Positions 42,751 through 51,400 of a stretch of DNA of 64,000 nucleotides are shown here, piece after piece. Each line of letters begins with the position of its first letter. The stretch's first letter is position 1. The position numbers were made by a program, and so were the translations under genes. The DNA is from Candidatus Bathyarchaeota archaeon (GTDB lineage: Archaea > Thermoproteota > Bathyarchaeia > Bathyarchaeales > Bathycorpusculaceae), in assembly GCA_022865455.1 (NCBI GenBank), contig JALHSY010000055.1:3965-67964 (forward strand). Direction: 5' to 3'. Under the pieces are notes generated by a model, which was not told where the DNA came from, searched no databases, and saw only the letters and a list, made by a program, of their open reading frames with translations.

Positions 42751-43901
42751 CCAACTATCCCTCTTCTAATTATGATTTTCTCGAATGCTTGGCTTTCAAA
42801 ACCGCGGAGATCATTCCCTATCATTTCTTTGAGTTGCGACTGCATAAAGTCTAATCTATTAACATCTATCCTTGTACCAGTATCGGCAAACAACGGGCCC
42901 TCAACGGGTCTAAATTCGATTACCAAAGGCACTGCCTCCAGAGAGATAGAAACAAGCGGAGTAACAACATTAACCAGATCATCGATTTTTTCAGATTTTG
43001 AGCACAAAATAACTGTGGCAGCGTTTTCAAATGCAGGAGGTGATGAAAGTTCAATCAAGTTATGCGTATCAAAATCCCTAATGTCCACATTAACGACGGG
43101 AATGTTATAGTTCTGAAAAACCTCTTCAACGCTTTTGAGTTCGCTTTCGAGTTTCCTTTTCAGCAAATTGCTAATCCGGTACTTTTCAACTCGCTCGCGT
43201 ATACCTCCTGAGAAATCGATGGATACAACGATAGATGCCCTCCTCCTCTCAAACGTAACATCGGTAACTGGAAAGTGCGCTTTCCAATACTCTTTCGAGC
43301 ATTCAGGTATGTAATCATAGAACAGGTCGAAAATTGCCTTTGGTGCTCTTGATCGGTCGCAATCACAAGAATCTGCGATTCTAAGAAATGCACCCAAAAG
43401 TGGAGTTCTAATTTCGAAACCAACAATTCTCTGACTCGGTGGCAAATCTGACAAAGCAATTTGCCTGTGGGCTTTAATGACCTTCTTTATTATATCTAAT
43501 TCGTGTGTGTTTATGTTTAGATGATGTTCGTCATTTAGCATCTGGACTATTTCAGCACTTCGAATATGATGCTCTTCTCTTACTTGTTCTGGGTTTTCAT
43601 TTCCTTGTCTTCCAATAAGCATACTGATATCATGGTAATACGCTGCTACCGCAAGAATGAAGGTTTCAGCAATGTTGATTGGGTCAGCAAGTAAGGAAGT
43701 CAAAGCATTAAGTTTATCGATAATTCTTCTAACATGGTCAATTCCATGGTCTACGAAATAGCCTTTCTCTGTCGCTATAACTTGGACTGCAGCTGGCGGT
43801 GCGTTTCGCAAAACTAATTCAGCGAAATCTCTTGCTACTTTGAATTGTGTTTCATATGGATTGGGTTCAGCAAGCCTTTCAATAAGCCCATTAGGTGGCA
43901 T
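42747..43901 (-). CDS. HD-domain phosphohydrolase-like protein with unknown C-terminal domain
   Basis: Contains HGIDHVRRII and VAAYYHDISM (H...HD), then later KAHRQ and LRIADSCD. Confidence 0.7.
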   Translation of the reverse strand: MPPNGLIERLAEPNPYETQFKVARDFAELVLRNAPPAAVQVIATEKGYFVDHGIDHVRRIIDKLNALTSLLADPINIAETFILAVAAYYHDISMLIGRQGNENPEQVREEHHIRSAEIVQMLNDEHHLNINTHELDIIKKVIKAHRQIALSDLPPSQRIVGFEIRTPLLGAFLRIADSCDCDRSRAPKAIFDLFYDYIPECSKEYWKAHFPVTDVTFERRRASIVVSIDFSGGIRERVEKYRISNLLKRKLESELKSVEEVFQNYNIPVVNVDIRDFDTHNLIELSSPPAFENAATVILCSKSEKIDDLVNVVTPLVSISLEAVPLVIEFRPVEGPLFADTGTRIDVNRLDFMQSQLKEMIGNDLRGFESQAFEKIIIRRGIVG

Positions 43902-44113
43902 TGTATTCCAACGTTTGAATTAGAAGCCTTCCAAGTAACTCAAATGTGAACATTACGTATAATAAACTTGCCGCAAAACATAATTCACTGCCATGAAACG
44001 GAAAAGCTTAGCCCACGGGGGACGCGCACTCTGTGAGAGACAATGTCAAGGCCAAAAATTGAAGTTAACGCGCTGGTAAGCCGCGCTCACTCTTACCCTG
44101 TCACGTCCATAGC

Positions 44114-45271
44114 TTGGCGCTAAACAGGCTTCTTCTTTTCAACCAGCACGCGCCGGTAGGAATCATAATAAGTCTCGCTGATGACCTTCGACTCATGGAA
44201 AATGGAATGGTTACAAGGGCCTTCACTGTTCCTACAAAAACCATCATTTATCCGGCGATGTTTGTCGCACCGGCTTGGGCCCCAGGTTATGTATGCCCGA
44301 AAGGTTTGTGTGGTTTATGCTGTTTGACACAGTCACCTACTGGTGTTTCATCCTCCCACAATGCAAATCTGGACAAGGCCGTCTGCAGATCCTACAACTC
44401 TGAAATAAGGACATGTCGGAAATATCTCGATAGACCTACAGTCTGCAGAAAATACCCTTTTGCTTTCGGAGTCGAAAATGATCGGATTCTGATCTCAGTG
44501 TCTTTGGAATGCCCCGGAACCAACTCAAAAACGGATATTGATACAGATGCTGTGTCAAGTATGCTTTGCGAAGAACCTACAAATGCGATAATAACTTTCA
44601 TGGACAGTCAATATCGAAGTGCAGTTTCTACTCCTGGTATTTGGAGAGATGCTGGCCAAGTTTGGACTGAACTCTCGCGTAGGGTGCAGGAATACTTCAG
44701 CAAAAAAACATCCTTGCCTTGTCTGCAAGAAGTTCAACAGTTGACCGTTGACACGGTTTGGGGAGTAGCTGGGGAAGAACCTCCGGAGGTTCCGCCTTGT
44801 TCCGTCGGTACAGTGACGAAGAACACTCAAGGATTGTACATAGCTACGCGATTTGAGACGCACGCTCTCGGCTTGGTCAAAGTGATAGGCTCCAAGACCA
44901 AGATTAGTCTTCTGGACGAAAAATGGCGAGAGATCAACAAGATAACCATTAAGACACCGACAGAGTTTCTCAGCTTAGAAATGGACAAGGACGCTCAAAG
45001 CATGATAAGGGACTACGTTTCTTTCCTATGCAATCGGCCATTCTTATCATTAGCTTCCATCAGATCAGTCTCCGAACATGTTCCTGTCCCGATTATTCTG
45101 CAGAGAGCTTTTGCTGGTGTCTTTGCGCCTTTGGAAGCTGGAGCGACCCTAGTCGCACATAGAGACCACTTAGAGAGTCTAGACAGTAACGCAATGAGAG
45201 AGATAATTAGCTTCGCTGAGGGAAACAATCATAGCATTTTTGCAGGATCAGGCCGAGTTCACACACTATGA
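44114..45271 (+). CDS. YkgJ-type (UPF0153) cysteine-cluster protein with C-terminal extension
   Basis: Contains CPKGLCGLCC...CRSYNSEIRTCRKYLDRPTVCRKYPF. The start is a TTG, and the ATG at 44196 is an alternative. Confidence 0.6.
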   Translation: MALNRLLLFNQHAPVGIIISLADDLRLMENGMVTRAFTVPTKTIIYPAMFVAPAWAPGYVCPKGLCGLCCLTQSPTGVSSSHNANLDKAVCRSYNSEIRTCRKYLDRPTVCRKYPFAFGVENDRILISVSLECPGTNSKTDIDTDAVSSMLCEEPTNAIITFMDSQYRSAVSTPGIWRDAGQVWTELSRRVQEYFSKKTSLPCLQEVQQLTVDTVWGVAGEEPPEVPPCSVGTVTKNTQGLYIATRFETHALGLVKVIGSKTKISLLDEKWREINKITIKTPTEFLSLEMDKDAQSMIRDYVSFLCNRPFLSLASIRSVSEHVPVPIILQRAFAGVFAPLEAGATLVAHRDHLESLDSNAMREIISFAEGNNHSIFAGSGRVHTL

Positions 45272-45784
45272 GTGAAAGCACATGCAAAAGTAAGCAGTTG
45301 AGCCTGCCCTGGCAACGCAGAAATGCCTAGTCATCCATTAACAAATATGAGCGCAAGCTGGCAAAGCAGCTGTGAAAAGAAGGGCTTGTCGTCCAGAAAT
45401 AGAGTCAACTCCCCCCGAGCTAGGGTATCTTGTTCACAATATATTCTGTCTGCTGAAGGCTCAAGAGAAGGTTTTGGTGAACCTATACGCAAGAAAGGCG
45501 GAAATAATCTTTCCTACGTTGCAGATAGATGACAGGGTGGCCGAATATCTCAGAGAAACAATTCTGAATTATTACCTGTGAGCGTGGTTTGGGCGTAGCA
45601 TTATGATGGCTTGGACTTGTGACCTTCCTTGCATTGAAAGAGTCTGTTGAAGGGCGCACCAATCTACTCGTTTCCAGAATGTGGAATATTACGTCAATCA
45701 GTTGTTGGTGCGCATCTCGGGTTGCGAAATCGTTAAGTAGTTTACACCAGAGCAATCTAAATACAGACTAAGAACGGCGAGACG

Positions 45785-47557
45785 ATGCGAATTACTAAAC
45801 CTGAAATCGATGAAATCTACAAAAGAGTGCAATCGAAATATGGAGGAATTAAGGAAGACTATTTCGCCTTATTGTACTTAACCAAGGAATTCAGGTTAAA
45901 CCTCGAGGAAACAGCAAACAACCAAGTTGCGTTTGGTGGAACGGACTACGGAATAGACGCCTTTCACTTCGACGAATTGCGAAGGAATCTTTACCTTTAC
46001 CAGTTCAAATGGTCTGTTGACCCGATGTTGTTTAAGGACTCATTCCAGAGGTTAATCAAAGACGGCATGGAAAGAATTTTCGGAAATCCAAGACAGGATC
46101 CGAATCAGAATCAAGTCTTGATAAAACTGAAAACTTGTCTCGCAGAAAATCGGTCGATAATTGATAAAATACTCATTCATTTCGTGTTCAATGGCGACGT
46201 AGAAACTGCAGAAAGGAGCCGCGTTCTGGATAGATTGCGTGAAGACCTTTACGATAAGAAATTCCTCGTGGAGCAGTATTTTGAAGGACAAAAAGTGCAG
46301 TTGATAATTCAATACATTTCAAATGCTAGACAAGAACGTACCAACATAGTCCAGGTCTCGGCAGCAGCTCACAAGTACGAGTTTGAAATTGCTGGCAGGA
46401 TTGGCTTGGATTCTCCCGACAAGAAGCTGTATGTCTTTTTTATTCCTCTCCACAAGCTCCTTGATATGTATAACGACCTTGGTCCGATGTTCTTTTCAAA
46501 GAATATCAGGTCTGGCTTGCCTGAAGACAAGAATACTAACCGAGAGATAAGGCGGTCACTCAGAAGGATAGTGCTTGAAGGAGAAGCAGTTGATGACTTC
46601 ACATTCTACCATAACGGCATCGCGTTAACTGCAGAAAAAGTGGAAGAAAAACAGAATTCAAGTATTATTTCTTTGGTGGAACCAAGAATCTTGAACGGCG
46701 CACAGACTGTCACAAGTTTAAAAGAATTTTCTGAGAAGAACCGCGGGAATAATAGTTTCAATCAGAACATAGAACGCTTTCATGAAATCAAAGTATTAGC
46801 AAAAGTGGTTCATTCAACAAACGATGACTTCATCAGGAGTGTGACCATAAATAACAATAGGCAGAACCCTGTCATGCCATGGAATCTGAGGGCAAATGAC
46901 ATGGTACAATTGCAATTTGAGGACAAATTCCGTAATGAACTCAAAATCTACTACGAGAGACAAGAAAATGCATTTAGGAATCTAACAGACCTGGACAAAG
47001 AGCAAATTGGTATAGTCGATTCCAAAAGCATAGAGATACGAAAGTTAGCACAGACATTTCTTGCTATACAAGGACAAATCGAGAAATTCTCTTCAATCCC
47101 TGAAGTTTTCGAAAATCAGAATTATTATGAAGATGCGTTTAAGGAGAGATACCTTCGAGTAGATGCAAGAAAGCTAGTACTATTCTACAAAGTCCAATTC
47201 AAGTTGTCCAGCATAATTAACGAGTTCGAGGAAAAATGGGCAAAATACTGGTACCTCGAAAAGGCGAGGTATTTGTTGTGGTCACTACTTATTCAAGGCC
47301 TCTTGAACAATGACAGGTTTGGCACATATGTGAATGACTATGGAAATTCGCTTGTAATCGAAGGCGATTTTACTGCCCTTCTAAAAGACATTGCATTGAA
47401 GCAAATACGTCACATTATCAGCAAAGCACTTGAAGACAGGAGATATGCAAAGTATCTTGCTGACAACCGATATTCGTTCCTCAGGTCAAGGGCTACATAC
47501 AATCACTGCATGGAAGTGGCGCACAAACTGTACAAATGGGAAAAGCTCAATCCCTGA
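45785..47557 (+). CDS. AIPR-family abortive-infection protein
   Basis: The N-terminus has GGTDYGIDAFHFD...LYLYQFKWS (PD-(D/E)xK-like). The centre has FYHNGIALTAEKV...ILNGAQTV, the hallmark NGxQT of AIPR. Confidence 0.75.
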   Translation: MRITKPEIDEIYKRVQSKYGGIKEDYFALLYLTKEFRLNLEETANNQVAFGGTDYGIDAFHFDELRRNLYLYQFKWSVDPMLFKDSFQRLIKDGMERIFGNPRQDPNQNQVLIKLKTCLAENRSIIDKILIHFVFNGDVETAERSRVLDRLREDLYDKKFLVEQYFEGQKVQLIIQYISNARQERTNIVQVSAAAHKYEFEIAGRIGLDSPDKKLYVFFIPLHKLLDMYNDLGPMFFSKNIRSGLPEDKNTNREIRRSLRRIVLEGEAVDDFTFYHNGIALTAEKVEEKQNSSIISLVEPRILNGAQTVTSLKEFSEKNRGNNSFNQNIERFHEIKVLAKVVHSTNDDFIRSVTINNNRQNPVMPWNLRANDMVQLQFEDKFRNELKIYYERQENAFRNLTDLDKEQIGIVDSKSIEIRKLAQTFLAIQGQIEKFSSIPEVFENQNYYEDAFKERYLRVDARKLVLFYKVQFKLSSIINEFEEKWAKYWYLEKARYLLWSLLIQGLLNNDRFGTYVNDYGNSLVIEGDFTALLKDIALKQIRHIISKALEDRRYAKYLADNRYSFLRSRATYNHCMEVAHKLYKWEKLNP

Positions 47558-47580
47558 TTTCTCAATTTTCTGGGCATATC

Positions 47581-48156
47581 CTAAAGGAGCTTATAGTAAG
47601 TCTTTTCATTGCACGCATCTATCTCCTTTAGGCTGAACCCTCGCTTTTTCTCCAAAATGTGTTCGAGCTTGTCATTCAAGACTTGTTCCATCTCCAATTC
47701 CTTGAATCCTCTCGTACGTGCGTATGTCTCCCAGAGCTCAATGAATTTTGTACCATGCCCTTTATCCTCAATGAAGACTTCTATCAGCACTATCGAACAT
47801 TGGCTTCCATGAGCTGCTCCTATCTGTTTTCCGTCATATTGAAGCACAAAAACAGGTGGTTCCTCTGGATTTGTCCAACCGCTTGCTGATTTGTCGCCAA
47901 TCCTGCCTGATCTGAAAACATATTTTCCGCAACAAATCATAGAATACCTTCCAAGTTGTCGACTTCTTGATATTTTTGTATGACATGTGCTTTCTAATCT
48001 TTTCGGGATATGCATTTCAATCGCTGACGAAGCATGGAAAAAGGTAGATGGCTCTCTAACGCGCACGCATAAAGATAAGCGTAGTTGCTGAAACCGTGCC
48101 TGGAAACTGTAACCGTCCAAACGTTTGAAGAACAGGTCAATAAAGTCCGTCATCAT
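47581..48156 (-). CDS. Possible GNAT-like acetyltransferase
   Basis: Only the C-terminal half (IEVFIEDKGHGTKFIELWETYARTRGFKELEME) looks GNAT-like. The true start may be internal. Confidence 0.35.
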   Translation of the reverse strand: MMTDFIDLFFKRLDGYSFQARFQQLRLSLCVRVREPSTFFHASSAIEMHIPKRLESTCHTKISRSRQLGRYSMICCGKYVFRSGRIGDKSASGWTNPEEPPVFVLQYDGKQIGAAHGSQCSIVLIEVFIEDKGHGTKFIELWETYARTRGFKELEMEQVLNDKLEHILEKKRGFSLKEIDACNEKTYYKLL

Positions 48157-48432
48157 CTCTTCAATGTAAGCGTCTTTTGTGCCAAACGGCGCTCGCGTGA
48201 TAATTGAGCATAATATTCTCCTGCAGAAAATAAAAACGTGCTGTACACATTAGAAATAAACCGAAGCTATTAGGAAAAACGATGTTGCTGGTCGACAGCA
48301 TCTTGCAGACGGTGTGACCTTGTCCACATATGCAAGCAGAATTGGAGGAACGCTGCATCATAAATCAACGGTTGTTGCTATGACCTTCGGTCTTGCCAAG
48401 AAAGAAAGGAGACGAGCAATTGTAAGCTCTAG

Positions 48433-51400
48433 TCAGCCAAAGGCTCTTCTGAGTTTCGCAAATCCCTCGTCCAAGTTGGCGTGGTGTATCACATAGACTC
48501 TATATCCTAGGGCTTTGAGTTTCTTCCTTTTTTCTTCGTCGTCTTTTTTGACGTAGTCTTCGTCGTGGGCTGGGCCATCGACAAACACAGTGATTTTCTC
48601 TTTCTTGTAGTAGAAGTCTGGTTTTGCTATTCGCACGTCGCCGTCATAGATGATTTGTTGTCCTTTGTCGGGTAGTGGGAGTCCTTCAGTTGCGATTCCT
48701 TTCAGAACGTTTCGTTCTAGTTCTGATTCGCATGTTTTCAGTAATTCCGCGAGTTTCTGTTCCTGATTGACGGCTGGGACTTGGGTTGGCTGCGCTGATT
48801 CCAGTTTTCTAAGTGTGGGTAGGACGAGGTTTCTGTCTAGTTTTTCGTGTTCTCTTTGGTTGTAGTAGTTGAGTAGGCATTCGTAGCATGCTTTGTTGCA
48901 TCCTGCTTGCGGATCGTTTTCGTGGAGGAGTTCTCTTGCTCTTGCGACAACGCCTGCGAGGCCTTGTGGGGTGGTTAGTGCTTTTATTGCTCCTGTTCCT
49001 CCTTCGGCTGTTTCGTAGAGGATTATGTCGCATTTGGAGGGGTCTGCTTGTTCTTTGGAGACAAAACCGTCAACTTCGCTTTCATCTAGATTTAGTGCTA
49101 TCTGTAGGCCTTGGAGGAGGGCTTCTTTGAGTGTTAGGTAGTAGGCTTCTGTTTGTGATTGTTTCAGGTCTTTTGGTGGGGATATTTTGAGGGTGGCAAC
49201 GTCGTGTGTGCCGACTGTGAAGAGTATGATGCTGTGGATTATGTCGTCTTTTTGGGCGTTTTTGGGGCAGTGCGAGTTGGATTCTGGGTCGATGTGTTGG
49301 TCTATTCGGTCTTCGCCAAATAACCATCGGTTACAGGCTGAACAAAGTACGAATCCAGCATCTTGGCCGTCTTCTTGGTTTCTGTTTGTTCCTTTGTTTA
49401 TATGTATGATTCGTCCGTTGTGTTCGTATTGGATTATGAGGGATAGGTCGTTTTCGCTGGTTACCGTGTATTCCTGGGTTTGGTCGCCAGCTTCGTAGTG
49501 GGTTGATGATTGGTAGCCTAGTCTCATGCGTTCTTCTTCGTCGCTGGTGATTCTGAGTTTGCGTATCGCGTACATGTCTGGTAGTTGCATGGCATTGGGG
49601 TTTGGGTGCTCGCCCGTTAGCGGTTTTTTGCATTTGGGACATGCCGCTGCGGTTTTTGCTGGTTCACCTCTGAGGACGTTTGAACAGTTGGGGCATATGA
49701 GCAGGTGTTCTCTGACTGGTTTTTGGTCTCTTACTTTGGGTCTTGCGTAGTTGACGGAGTATTTGGCGCCTTGATAGTAAACGGTGTTTCCGGGAGCGAA
49801 TTCTGAGAGAGCGATTACGTTGGCGCGTTGGATTTCGTTGTCTGATTCGCTCAGAGAGAGGACTATGTTGCTGCTTGGGAAGCCATAGTTCGGTAGGAAG
49901 CCTCTGGCGGCTAAATATCGGTATATGTAGAAGTCTTTTTCGCCTTCGCGCATGTTTTTAAGTTTCTGTTCTATGGCTGTAGTTCTGTTTTTGTCTTGGG
50001 AGGAGGGGCCTTCTTTTCTGTTTTTGGCACTTAGGTCTTGATGTTCTCGGTCCAGGGCAGCGTATTCTTTTCTCCAATATTCGAGGGCATTTTCCAGGTT
50101 TTCTGGGAAAGAGTCAATGGTGTTGTTGATGAAGGCTTCTGTGAACCAGGGGTAGTTTACCATTTCTAGTGAGAATGCGCTTTTAGCTGACTCCAAAATC
50201 CGGGTTTTTGACTCCGTAATTTTTCTTGTTAGGTCATTTTTATAGTCTGGTAAGATGGGGTAGCCTGGTTCGTCAAGGTTGAGGAATTCGCCGATGCCGG
50301 TTTTTAGTTTTGTTTCCATCGTTTCAAGAATCAAGGAGTGGAGGTGTGTTGTAATGAGTTGTTTGTTATCGAGCATGAATCTGGGGGAGGTGATTTTTCC
50401 TGAGACGATTTTTTCCGGGAACCGATAGAAGTATTGATCGTGAGGGCCTCTCGATATGCCGCTTCCGCAGAATGTGGTTATTATTGATGGTTGGCTTTTT
50501 CTTCCTGCCCGTCCTGCTCTTTGGGCGTAGTTGCTTGGGCTTGGGGGAACGTTTCTCATGTAGATGGCTGAGAGCTCCCCTATGTCTATGCCTAGTTCCA
50601 TAGTTGGTGTGCAGACTAGCACGTTTAGGGGGTCTGCGGGGTTTCGGAATTTTGCTTCGATTTTCTTTCTTTCGTCGCCGTCGAGTTGGCCGCTGTGTTC
50701 TTGGGCTTGTATGCTAACTGTTTCTTTGAATGGTTGCGAGTATGCTATTCTGAAGTAGTTTTTTTCAAAGTCTCTTTCTTGGAGTAACCCACAATCTGAT
50801 CCAGTGCATAGATCTAATGTTGTTTGGTGTTGAATGAGGCCGCATTTTGGGCAGACTTTGTGTTTTGTCCTTTTGAGAGCTTGAAGTTGGATGTACTCGG
50901 AGTCTATCATGTAAACCTGCCCAAGCAGTATACCTCTGTAACCTTTCACTCCATGCTGAACTAGGATCGGCGCGAGTTCTTTATCTGACAGGATTTCGAC
51001 GACTTGATTGAGCACGTTAGCAGCAGTGTCATGGTCAACTCCCAGAACTCTCTGTGTCCATATCATATGCCTGCTCTTTGTGCGAGTTAGCCTGTAAACC
51101 AATGTCGATCTTGCTTTTTTTGCAGTATCGGAATATCCAATCACTGTTCTGGGTGATTCAGCTCCAATGTCAAACTGGCATTCTTCGGAGAGTTTTGATA
51201 TTATCTCTGTTTGGAATTCTCGTTGCTTGATTAGGTCATTCTGATAAATTGCCCGTTTACTTCTGAAAATATCCAAGATACCAGTTAAGAAATCATGTCT
51301 TTCGACTGATGTGAGCTTGTCAAGTGGTTTGACATTTTTCCATACAGCATCGTCTATGGCTAAGAGGTCTAGTCCGTTATACGTTACTTTGACAAGACCC

